A stretch of 60,000 nt of DNA, from positions 56,484,001 to 56,544,000 of the forward strand of contig NC_045696.1 of assembly GCF_009834535.1 (NCBI RefSeq), written 5' to 3'. The translations under genes were made by a program, and so were the position numbers. Positions 12,201 through 24,387 of the stretch are shown here, piece after piece; the first letter of the stretch is position 1, and each line of letters opens with the position of its first letter. The stretch comes from Camelus ferus. Its lineage: Eukaryota. The notes beneath the pieces are model-generated. The model worked only from the letters and a program-made list of their open reading frames with translations. It ran no database searches and was not told where the DNA came from.

Positions 12201-12357
12201 TAGGTTTGGCAGATTTAGTAAATAAAAATAGGATGCCTAGTTAAATGTGAATTTCAGACAAACAACAAATACTGCCACATATATATGCCAAAAAATGATT
12301 CATTATTTACCTGAAATGCAAATTAAACTGGGCGTCCTGTTTCCTCTGGCCACCCTT
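12201..12357. mobile_element. MER53-like palindromic MITE inserted in a MIR
   Basis: TAGGTTTGGCAGATTTAGTAAATAAAAATAGGATGCCTAGTTAAATGTGAATTTCAG ... CTGAAATGCAAATTAAACTGGGCGTCCTG..TCTGGCCACCCT inverted termini. Confidence 0.75.
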
Positions 12358-12769
12358 TAATCGATGGGGAAGCTGAAGCTCAGACATGGAAGAACAGAAA
12401 GAAGAAACTAAACAACTGCCACTCTTTTGTGCTTTCTGTGCTTCTCTGTAGAAGACAGGGGGCTAGAACCATGATTTTTGGAGCCCCATCCTCACCTATT
12501 TTTCTTTGTCTTTGGGAAGCCAGTTGGAGTTATTCATCTATTAATTCAACAAATACCAGTAGGATGCTTACTCAGGACCAGACATAGGCACTGCACCATG
12601 AACCTAAACAAGATACACATAGCTCCTCCCCTCATGAAGTGGACAGGTTAGGGAGAAGACACAGATTAAGTGAGTGAACACTGCAGAGTGAGGGGACTTG
12701 TGATGGGGGGAAACTGGGTGCAGCAGAAGGCCTTCCAACCTGGCTTAGGAGGCTAGTGTTGGGTTAGGG

Positions 12770-12970
12770 TAGTGGTTCTCAGAGCAGCGCCCAAGACCAG
12801 CAACAATGGCACCACCTGGGAGCTTGCTGGAAATGCAGATTTTCAGGCACCACTCATAATCTACTGATCAAAAACTCTTAAAACACAAATTGTTAGGGTA
12901 GGCCTAACAATCTGTGCTTTAATAAGGCCTCCCCATGATTTTATCTCACTCTGGAGTTCACGAACCACTG
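12770..12970 (+). mobile_element. MER5A-like hAT-Charlie MITE
   Basis: AGTGGTTCTC...CACCTGGGAGCTTGCTGGAAATGCAGATT...GAACCACTG. Confidence 0.8.
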
Positions 12971-13689
12971 ATGCAGATGATTGGCCCTTAGGGGAGGTGA
13001 AGATGCCCAGAGCATCTCTGGCCTGTCCCCCACTGTGAGGCTGGGGTACCATCCTTTCAAAGCAGGTGAGGAGAGCAGAGCTCCTGGCTTTTTGCCCCTT
13101 GCCTGTAAAACAAGACTAGACAGACTCAGAGATTTAAATGTCCTATTTTGAGTTGTCCTTTCCTTTAAAGGAAAGAATAGAAAGAGTTACTTATTCCCTG
13201 GACTATTAAGCCTTTCCCACATACTCAGGAGCAGTTAGAGTTCTTTGACTATCACAGTGGGCCACAGACTCTATTCTGAGACACTAGGATAAGTTATTAA
13301 TGAGCTGACTTTAAGGAATTTGTTGTTTTATGTCCCCCTAAATTTCAACAGTTAAAAAAGTTCCCGGAAATAGCTAAAAGGCCCCTATAGTTTACTTTTA
13401 TTCATCTCCTTTCATGGACTTACTTGTACAAGGCCCTCTCAGATCTGGCATCTGCCTGTTTTCCCAGTTTCCTAGATCTCTATTTTTCAGCACATGGCTA
13501 TTGCTCATTGCTCTCAGCTTACTGACTCCTTGTGGTTTCTAGATTTGGTAAGTTTTTCAATTCTGCCAAGGCTCTGTAGAGACTCTGCCTGTGCTTGGAA
13601 TGCCTTTCTTTTCTTGGACTGCCTCATGGACTCGGCTTCTCCTTCAAGATTTTGTTCAGACTTTAAGCCCTTCTTAACTCTCCTCCTCT

Positions 13690-16600
13690 CATTTGTTTGT
13701 TCAATATTTCATTCATCTATCGTATATGTGGACTACATTCTGTGTCAGATACCCTCTTAGGCTTTGGGATGCAGCAGTGAAAGAAACAAACCCTTGCCCT
13801 CATGGAGCTTACATGCTGGTAGTGGGGTAAAACAGGCAGTAAATAAATAGGTCATAAAAATATGTGGTATGTCACTGTATGAATCCATTTATATGAAATA
13901 CAAAAGCAAGCAAAATTAGTCTGTGCTGTCAGAAGTCAGGATAATGGTTACCCTTGGGGTATAAAAGGGGGATGGTAGCTAGAGGAGAGCATGGGAGAAT
14001 CTGGACCAGTTAGTAACATTCTGTTTCTTGATCTGGATGCTGGTTACGTGGTTGTATTCAGTTTGTGAAAATTAATCGAGCTGGACACTTAACATGCTCT
14101 TTTCTGTATGTACATTATATTTCAATGTAAAGTAAATATGAAGTATATCAGAGGCGAAGTTAGAGAAAAATAAAGCAGGGAGGGCAGATTGGGAAGAGGG
14201 GAGTGTTTGGGGGGTGGAGGAGGAAGGTTGCAATTTTAAATAGGCTGTCCGGAGAAAGCCTTATTGACAGGTTAAATTTTAGTAAAAGCTTTGTAGGAGA
14301 TGAGGGAGCCAGGCCATGAGGTAGGTGAGGGCTGGAGGATTTGAGGGACAGCCAGGAGGCCAGCAGTTGGAATGGAGAGAATGCATGGGAAGGCGTAAGA
14401 GATAATATCAGAAAGATAACAGAAGGCTGGATTGTAAGGTGCTTTATAGGCCATTGTAAGGGTTTTGGCTTTTGCCCATACTATGAAGAGATAGAAAGCT
14501 ACTGGAAGATTTTGAACAAAGGAGTAAAATGATCTGACTTATATTTTAAAAGTATCTTTCTGGCTGATTTTGAGAAAAGACCCAAGAGAGGCAGGCATGG
14601 GAGAAGGGTGACCAGTAGGGAGATTGTTATCCATAATCCAGGTGAGAGAAGATGATGACTTGGTCCAAGTGGGTAGTGGTGGAAGTGGTGAGAAATGAAT
14701 GAATTATGTATATATATTTGGATAGCACAGAGAGGATTTGCTGACAGATTAATTAGATAATGGGCATGAGGGAAAGAGGGGAGTCAATGATGACTAAGGT
14801 TTTTGCCCTGAGTAACTGGAAGAGTAGTGTCACCATTTTTTTTCTGATCAGGAAGTCTGGAGTTTGTTTTGGGATGTGTTACATTAGAGATGCCCATTTC
14901 AGACATTTGAAGGGTCATGTTGAGTAGGTGGTTGATAAGAAATTTGAGGTTAGGAGAGGGGTCCAGGCTTGAAACATAAACCTGGGAGTTGTCAACAAAT
15001 AGATGGTATTTCACCAAATCATGAGATTAGATGGACTCAACAAAGGAGTCATAGAGACGAGTAGAGGTCCAGGGACTGAATCCTGGGACCTTCCAACATT
15101 TATAGGTCAGGAAGATGAGGAGAAACCAGCATAGGAAAATGAGAAAAAGTGGACAGTAAGGTAGAAGGGAAACTTGGAAAGTGCCATGGACTGGAAGCCA
15201 AATGAAGAAAATGTTTCAGGGAGGAAGGAATTTTTGACCTGTGTCAAAAGCTGCTGATGGGTCAAGTAAGAAGAGGACTGAGAATATATCATCTGAGAGA
15301 AGGAGCATGGGCAACTTTTGGGGACTGAGAATAGATCACTGGAGAGGTAACACAGAAGACAGTTTGCCTCAAAGGGAAGCAGCAGAGAAGTGTATATTAA
15401 CTGAGAAAGTTAGAGGGCCTCATTTTTCTTTTTTTAGATGAGAGAAAAAGTGTGTTTGAATGCTGATAATGAACAAAGAGGGAGGGTAAAGTTGATGACG
15501 CAGGAAAGGAGAAGGAATTACTGAGTAACATCTCTCAGTAGGCAGAGGGGACATGGTCTAATGCATGGGTAGAAGAACTTGCCTTAGGTAAGATAATGTA
15601 AAAGGGCAGACAGAATACATGGGCAAGATGTGAAAAGGTGAGGGGTGTAGTAGGGGAGCTTGTGGATGTTCTCTTCTGCTTGTTTCTAATTTTCTCAGCA
15701 AAACAGGAGGCAAATCATCAGCTGAGTGTGAGGCTGTGAGTGGTGTTGAAGGTTGAGGAGAAAGAATGAAACAGTCACCTAGGAGAGTAGAAGAGAATAA
15801 CTAAAGAGACATAAGAGGCTTCCTGGGCAGTACTAAAGGGACTTTTGAGGTTTGTGGCTATAAATTTAAAGTGAGAACACTCAACGTGTTTGCGTGTTTT
15901 TCTCCAGCCACATCCAGTTGCTTGTGCGTGGGCACAGAATGGGAGAAGAGTCAGGTTAACCATGTGTTGGGATTTTGCCACACAACTGTGATGAAGGAAG
16001 ACAGATGTGTACTAGAAAGTGAGGATAATAATTAATTATGGGATCTAAGCTATATTAGAGGATGAAGGATGTGAAGCATGGAGAAGGATAGTGAAACGGG
16101 GTAGGATCATTGGGTTTTAGCTCCTGATGGCAGCCAAAGAATTTTTAGATTTGGGCACTGGAGATGGTGAGTGATCTGGAAGGCTAGAGATAGTGGTTGG
16201 AGAGTTTCGGTGCTTGAAATTGAGGTACTGGAGTCATTGTGGTTTTTGCTAATGACAAAATCTAAGTTCTAACCATGGGGAGGGTGGCTGCGATAAGATA
16301 GAAGAAAAGAGCCTTGGAGGAAATGAGGTTCAGGTCCACAGGTGGTCAATGGATGCATCATACATGAGATAGTGACACCAGAGTTATGCTGGCAGATTGA
16401 CAGAGCCAGTGGCTAAAATCAAGGAGTGGCGGTGGGGAGCAGCAGAAGACTGTAACATGGAAGGGTGGTGAATGAAAAAGTCTAATGGGATGAGATTTTA
16501 AGCTAGAGATATACAGAGTGGGTGAAGGGGAAATGATGTGGGAGAATACTGAGAATAAAGGAATTCACTTACTCAAGTGTATGGAGAATGCTGGAAAGAA

Positions 16601-17110
16601 AACCAGTACCACTTGAAAAGGATGTATATAGGACAAGAAGTGTCCTCACTGGAGAGCCAAACTTCAGTTACAGCCAGAAACTGAGGGAAATGAACAGAAG
16701 TTGAGAACAGATGGGGTTTGCTGATGATTGATAGCAAGTTCCAGAGAGCACAGTAGAAGGGTTTCAGAAGCTGGGAATGGGTTGGAAATGGGGTCAATAA
16801 AGGAGGGTACAGAGCCATATGGCACTCAGAGTCCATGGGGTGAAGAATACACTGAGGGTCTTGGGCTTCTGGTGGTGTTAAACACGAAGTGGGAAACAGA
16901 CATGATAAGATTGGATATGGTGGTCTCGAGGCACACCCTGCCGGCAAAGCTGTGAATGTTGAGGGGAAAGAGGGTGAGGGTGCTGTCAGGAGCACACAGA
17001 GTTTTTGAGGTCCCCTCTTCACTTTCCGTGATGGAGGTGGAGGCCAGGGTGGCATGGATTTATGTGGAGCACGTGGAACTCTGGGACTCCCTTTTGACTT
17101 TTGTGGGTGA
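13690..17110 (-). mobile_element. Long L2 LINE remnant (3' tail to endonuclease domain) with a nested L1 fragment at ~13860-14140
   Basis: L2 3' motifs near 13700-13830 and 14270-15290; ORF 16573..17139 has APE endonuclease motifs CALWN..S and LAVTEVWL. Confidence 0.8.
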
Positions 17111-18053
17111 TGGTGTGGAAGCTGGAGAAAGAGAAGCAAGACTGCTCAAGTTGTGTGCAATACAACTCAAGAGTGCTCCGCTGACATAGACTCTAATGAG
17201 ACTGGCACCCCTGGAAAAGGGCAATGTGACTGCCCTGGAAAAACACTCTTTATAGCACCTCAAACACATGGTATTTTCAAACTTGTTGCATTGCTGAAAT
17301 TCATTATTACATATCTTGTCATAGGACTGTGAATCCCTCACGAGCAGGAACATGTTCCTCTACCTTCTTTCTGGCTCCTGATACACGGTAGGCTCTTGGA
17401 ATAGGTGTTGTGAGCTCTTAACTCCTGAATCTTATCATCATGGCCCCAGAGATGAAAATAACTTGGAATCTTGAAATGGAAATGCATGATCTTTGTTGCT
17501 TTTCTCAGGATACATCAGGAGCATCCTCTCCCCTTCTCACCCATGGGCTCACAAGCTAATAAGCAGACTCTGCAGTTGCCCCTTGGCCTGGGATGAGTTC
17601 CCTGCAGAGTACACTGGAATGTGGTGGGATCTGCCGACTGATGGCATCAGCTCCTCTTACATGTGCTTCAGCTCCACAAACCTAACAGATGCACCAGTGC
17701 TACTCCAAGGCCCTGGGCCTCTTTTGCTTCTGCTTCTCCACTCTCTCTGAAAGTTGGTAGGAAATAGCCCATTCACTTCCCTTTTCTCTTTTTGCTTCTC
17801 CAAACAATATTGTTCCCCAAACAATACAGCTGAGTTACTGACTGAGTAAACCAGAACTCTGCCTTGTACACGAGGGAGAGCTGCTAGTGGTGAGCGAGTG
17901 ATTTGAGGGCCGCTGCTCTTAGGAGGAACAGAGAGAACTCACTTTTCCTGACCACTCTCTCCTGTGTGACTCTCAGGGATGCACTGTAGCTGAATGCAGG
18001 GTTTGTCTGTAGCAAAGCACTCTAGCCTGCCTTGGTTTTTTTCTTTTTTACAG

Positions 18054-18390
18054 GGAGAACACATCCCCGTACATAAGACTCCTGTTAGGACACCTGGGTA
18101 ACATCTGCCAGAGAACCAAACTGTCTTGCCTGTAGCCAGTGGAGCTCATAGTTTTCTGTTGTGCATTTTATTATCTTTGTCTGAGGCACCTATCTGTCAT
18201 AAACGGAAAAAAAAAAAAGGAGGGAACAGCTCTAGTGTGTTGAATGTTGACTAAAGCTACAGAAGCTCCCCATTTTGTCTCTCTTATGTCTATATATTGA
18301 TAAAGCCTTGCTTCTTTATCCTTAATTCTCTTACTGATAAGATTTAATTTTATTTGACCTTATGCTTCTCACATGTCAAGTTTAAATAAA
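18054..18390 (+). pseudogene. Candidate decayed transmembrane/terminal exon of the B7/BTNL-like gene
   Basis: Strong acceptor (T-tract TACAG at 18053); hydrophobic stretch followed by HKRKKKK in one frame; AATAAA 18385-18390; in-frame stops upstream. Confidence 0.35.
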
Positions 18391-20699
18391 ATTTAAAAAT
18401 CTAACTGTAAAATGAAAGATGATTTAAAGTCTGATGAACTGTCTACTCTGTCTATTTCATCGACATGGTGCTGCAGTGACAAACGATTTTTGGAAACTTG
18501 AGGGCAGAGCAGGTTTTCTCTAAGCTAGATATTTTGGGTTTTGGTATTGAAGTTACATGGGCACTTTGCTGACAGCAAGTTGAGAAAGAGGTATCTTCCT
18601 AAAACTGATTATGAATGGGAATGAGCACATTTGTAAAAGGCTTCTCTGGCATAACTTGACAAAGGCTATGGAAATCCTGCAAAGTCAGAGAAGGTGAGAC
18701 TAACTCTTGAACTTTTCTGACTTGCCCAATTGATTTCAGAGTCTTTATTATTCTTAAACTTCACCTTCCAAATCTATCCTTTCTCTGTGCTTTTTGTACA
18801 GATTCTCCTTCTTTGTTCCTTTTGAAAGGGGGTAGGAGTAATACCTTTCCTGGTTCTCGTAGGAATTAAGCTTAGGCTATGAAAGGAGGAAAAGGCATGA
18901 CAGAGCAAAGAAAATAGAGAAAATCATCCAGGAACCAGAGGTTTTCATTGGCTTAAAACCCATGTTTTTTGAATTGTTGGATTCAGATGATAAAATAATT
19001 CCACTGGAGATAAGATTATGTCTGCTTCTAAAACCTCCACATAGAATGTCACCCAAAGAAGGCACATCAGGGAGATTTGTGCAATCGTAGATTTTACACC
19101 TGCATTCCTAAGGTAAGTTTTCAACAGGCCAAACCTTTGAGGTGTGTGCTGGAGTTGCTGGGGTCCCACACTGGCTGGCATGACTCCTGGCTGGGGATCC
19201 ATCTCTGGGGAGACCAAGTTGGATTGGGGATCATGCTTCAGGGAACTTCAGAGGCCTGGCCTGAACTGCACTCACATATCTACTTAAAAGAAACCAAAAT
19301 GAGAGGACAGGCAGACAGTCATTAGAACTGAATGAAAAAATTAATGAATTACTTGTATGTGATCAGCAATTACATAATTAGAGAACACTAATTAGAAATT
19401 AATGGTTCATATTCATATAATTTTTAAAATAAAATGAAACATTGTGGCAATGTAGAATGAGTATGAGAAGGACCCAGACCAGGTTTGAATCCTGACTCTG
19501 TTCTTTGCTAATTGTGTGGTCTTAAGTAAATTCCTTAAATTTTATGAGCTGTATGTTCCTTATCTGTAAAATAACTTTTTCACAAGGTCACTGTGAGAGT
19601 TATTAGAATGTACAATAGGTGAAAATAATTGGTAATATTTGACACTTACACACTTTCTATGTGCCAGGGACTATTCAAAAAAATTATATACATTAGCTCA
19701 TTGAATCCTCAAAAAAGAAAAAAAAAAAAAGAAAAAGAAAAAGAAAAAGAAAAAGAGGTAGGTACTGTTATTATGCCACTTTAAAGAGGAAACTGAGACA
19801 TAGGTTAAATAACTTCCAGAAGTATAAAGGGCAGGGGCAGAGCCAGGATATAAACCTGGTTGTTAAACATTACATTATATTGTTTCTCTAAGGTATCAAT
19901 CGCAGTAAGAACGATGTTATGATACAAGCCAATTAGAAAGAAGTTGAAAGGTGAAAATTCTTGGATGATTGGCATTTATGAAAGACGAAGAATATGTGAA
20001 GTTATAAATATTACTGACTACCAGATTTAACTACGGAGTCTCTCAGAAAAATTCTGGAGCAAGCATTTTGTTTTGAGTTGTCACTGCCCTTTGGAAAATG
20101 ACAAGTTCTTTTAACTTGTATAATTAAAAATGAGGCTAGGCACCAGAAGGGCAAAATCCCTTCTTTTTTACAGGGAAAAATGTCCTTTTAAAAATGTTCG
20201 TCTTCTTGACAATTTTATACAAGTTTCCTGGTTAAATATTTTATTCTTATCCATGAACAGTCTTGTCTTTTATTTTCCTGGCAATGCATTCTTTTTACAG
20301 GCCCTAACATTATCAAGTTTCTCTAAGTTTCTTATTTGACCACCATAGGTCAGATAAGACCTGTGCATTCCAGTGGTCCTCATCAGGGTACGTTTCCTGC
20401 TCCTTTCACCTAAATTCATTTCACCCATTTTCCAGCAAGTTGTGTTACTCTATTCCATACATGCATGGTGGTTCCTTCTCAGTTTTGACCTCTCTATAGA
20501 CATAATAACACTTCCCATCTGAATTCTCTACATGCTATGCTCTCATATATGAATTCAACCCATTGTACTATTTTTCCAACTGTGTATACTTTTTGTTAGT
20601 GATGCCATGAGGAAGTAGGAGAAATACACATACCCAGAGTTTCTCAAAAGGGTTCTCTGTCTTTATGATGGACCCTCTCAACTCTATGTATTTTTTTCC

Positions 20700-21185
20700 T
20701 CACTTGATATATTCTCCATGGCCATCTTGTCTACACAAAGGAACACTATCTCTATACTGTCTATTCCAATAGCTGTATCTCCAGCCTAGGTCTCTTCAAG
20801 AAATTTCCTATCCAGCTGCTCACAAGGTATCTTCATTTGGTTGTCTTAAGGAAACTCAGATTCAATGTATGTGAAACTGAATTTATTATTTCCCATTCCC
20901 TCCTCCCTCCCCCAGCCAAATGGCTTTTCCTGTTCTCTTACCAACCTCAGGAAATGGCACCACTATCTACCAATTGTCCAAGCTGGAACCTTGGAGTCAT
21001 TCTTGACCATCACCTCCTCCTTAACCTCCATAGCTGGTCAATAGCCAACTCCTTATCAATGCTATCTCCTTAACCTTCTATTTATCCCCACTGCCATTAC
21101 CTTAATTCAAATCACCATTATTTCTCACCTCATTCCTGAAATAGCCTTCTAATGGATCTACTACTACCAGGTCTTGCCATCCTCA
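20700..21185 (+). mobile_element. L2 fragment
   Basis: CTCAGATTCAATGTATGTGAAACTGAATT, AATGGCACCACTATCTACC, CCTTGGAGTCATTCTTGAC typical of L2. Confidence 0.7.
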
Positions 21186-22957
21186 TGACAAACAACTAAT
21201 AACAGTATGTGAAGAAGTGTTAAAAGCCAATAGGAAAAAGGCCAACAATCAATAGAAGAGTGAGCAAAAGGAATGAAAGAAAAGGACAAGGACCAGTAAT
21301 TCATAGAAACATGTTCAATCTCACAAAAGGAATAATAAAATAAATAAATTAAAAACGAAGCAATGAATTACCATTTCTCTTCCTTCAGAAGCCCAAGTTT
21401 TGACACAGTGCTTGCAAAAATGTAGCAAAGTAGACATGCTCAGTGTATGTATTTTTGGTGCAAATGTAAATGCATGCAACTTCTTTGAAGGATAATTGGC
21501 AATCAAAAGTACATTTATAAATGAACACATTCTCTAAGGGGATTAATTTTTTCACTGTATTTTCTTTCATACAATTCAAATTTTTTTCTTTTACCATGTG
21601 CATATATTAGTTTTCAATAAGAAATAAGTGTTAATTTAAAAACTCAATTTCTGTTGACAGGGAGATCTCTCATTCAGATGGCAATAGGATGTTTCTTGTT
21701 GCATCATGAATTAGCCCTTAGCACCAACTCTTTTCATGTTCCCCATTCATGCTAGATGTACTAAAGGGCTCTGAGGGCTTTTGCTTAGATCTATCTACTC
21801 ATTCAAAATTTTTTTACTACTTCCTTCCCCTTATTTCAGAAATAATTCAAGAAGACTGATGGGAACTTGACACAGGTGCTCCAAAACTAAAGCTAGTCAA
21901 ATTAATTTGTACTAATTGACACAACTCATAATGTTACACTTTGATGATAGGAAACTTACCTTCTGAATTATGCTTCTTTTAGGCTATTTTAATTCATTTT
22001 CCCTTCTTGAACACAAACACACTGTAATAGCAGGAAAAACGCTTCCAGAGCATGGAAGAAAGTTGGGAGAAGCCAGTCAGTACTTAAAAATGGTTGTAGA
22101 CAAGGTGCCCTTCAAATTGGATTTAAGATTCCCTTCTGAGCACGAAAGTTTAAAGAATCGACCTGTGATTAATGATATCAGTAATATGTAGCAATAACAC
22201 AATCAGAGATGGCATCTTAATATCTGATTAGCATTTGAGTAATACCCCAAATTCAATCAAGGTGACCTGGCTATAATTTTAGAGAGGCAAGACTTCTACA
22301 CATTATGACTAAAGTCAAGAAAGCTTAAACCTCATCAACTGTAATGAGCTCTTTTGGAAAACAGAACTATTGGGGGTGGGGAGTGTGTGATACCTATAAA
22401 AATCACTTGGACAGGGAGATAGAAACCAGATACTGGTCTTGTGTCTCCAAGATGAAGCTGAACAGGTCTTAACCAGCCAACACTCAGTCCATTTGGAAAT
22501 GTTTATCACTGTGAGATACATGTGTTTTCAGATAAAAGCCACTAAGGTTATCCAACCAGACCTTGGCATGCTCCCTGTGCCACCTTCCCAGGTTTGTTTG
22601 GCTTCTCATACAGGTTAACCTGCAGCCTGTCTCACTCAAAGCCATTCCAGTCTCACAGAATTCATGGAGGCTTTGGGAGTCATTTAATTTAACCTCTTCC
22701 CAGTACAGGAATGCTCCCTGACTTTTCATCATTTCCTACTCCAGACCCACATCAATGATTCTTTTAAATAAACTTGTTCTATCAGTCCTTGAGTAAAACT
22801 TCCCGCCCAGCTGCAGCCCCAAGATTTTATTAGGAGAAACTCTTCAGGTCTCGTTTAAGACTCCTGAAACTCAAATCCACTTTTATGAGGTAAATGGTTA
22901 ATGTTTTCAGAAACTTATTTGGCCTTAACTGGGGGGAAGGAAAAAAATGACTATTAT

Positions 22958-22972
22958 TTTAATTTCTTTATT
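22958..22972 (-). terminator. FSTL1: FSTL1 distal polyadenylation signals (AATAAA 22972-22967, ATTAAA 22963-22958)
   Basis: Minus-strand GATAAATAAAGAAATTAAAA followed by a U-rich downstream element (TCATTTTTTT). Confidence 0.8.
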
Positions 22973-24327
22973 TATCAATAGTATCCAAAAAAAAAAAAAA
23001 AGAATCAGGAGTTACAAAAACAAGTTAAATGCAATATGGAAGCCTACTAAATACAAATACATTTCACAAACACACAGGCAACAGAAACCTGTCCAAATTG
23101 CTTCTTGAAATTTGACTATTTAAAAACATTAAGTATAAAGGAAAGACATTCAAACTGGTCCACATGGGCTTATGAGTAGGTAGAGGAGCCCTGCTTTCCA
23201 ACAGTGATGGAGTTCAGAGTCATGGCATGTGAGTAGGTTTCCATGGACACTGAATCTTAACAGATGCTGTAATATGTTTATAAAGCCATATACACACAGA
23301 GAAAGCCCGAGGAAGCTTGCAGTCTAATCCCTGTGCTTTCAGAGAGCTGGAGGAACTGAACCCGATTTAATCCTGTTTATTTGCTCCATGCAAAGCTCCA
23401 TGCAAGACTCCCAAACTAAGGCTATTTAGCAGCTTCCCATGAATGATCGCCAGATAATGTGATTCTGTGGTGCAGACAGTAGCTTCCCTATTTACAGGAG
23501 GAATGCAGATTTGCTCTTGGGAATTCCATGTTGCAGGGTAGGGTTGTCGTGGATGGCAACTACTGACCTAAATTTAACTGGTGAGGAGACACTCTGCCTT
23601 CTTGTTCTAAACAGACTGCTACTCCGGACCTCTCTTTCATAGTGCCCAAGGCCTGGCAAAGCTTGATCAAAGCGTGCTGTTGGGAGTTCTCCAAGGCACT
23701 TTGACAGGGAGGTGCATTTCAGACCACACAAGTGGGATTCAAAGAGAACTTTTAAGTGGGATGATGTATAAAAGCTCAGAATTGGAAACACAGTGGAATG
23801 TTCTCCTTTCAAAGGAGAACAAGGAAACTTGTTTAGAAGGAATTCCATTTTCAGCATAACTTTCTGAGCTGTCTGTGCAGTATAGCTTACATAATTTCCC
23901 TCTGGTCATTTGTAATCTGCTTTCTGAAAATGAGATCTTATGTCAAGTTTCTAATTTTGTTATTCCAAATGCATCTTAAACATGGTATTAAGTGGAGTTA
24001 AGTATCAGAGGCCAAAATACAGAGGAACAACTGACTTCACCCCAATCACAATTTTAAGATAAAATTTCCATTTTTCCCCTTCTTGAAATGTGAAACCTTC
24101 TTTTGTCCTCATCTCTAAAGGGAAAACCATGCTGTTTCCAAGAAGGTTCAAGATGAAAAGCAAAAGTGAAGACAAAGTGGAATGGTCCTTTTTCCCACTC
24201 TCTTCCCGGGCAAGCCTTACCCGAGGGCTCTACATCACAGCACAACCTGTGGGGCCATTCAGACTGAGGTCAGATTTGGACATCTTGTTTTTGCCTGCCT
24301 GACTCTTCTTGTTATAACAACAAGGTT

Positions 24328-24387
24328 TCATTTATCCTAAGGAGAAGAAGGAAAATCACAAGAACCTGTATCCTTCTGGACCACTTC
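24328..24387 (-). other. Segment homologous to the primate mir-198 hairpin (probably not a functional pre-miRNA here)
   Basis: Minus strand GGTCCAGAAGGATACAGGTTCTTGTGATTTTCCTTCTTCTCCTTAGGATAAATGA aligns with the recalled human mir-198 precursor. Confidence 0.75.
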
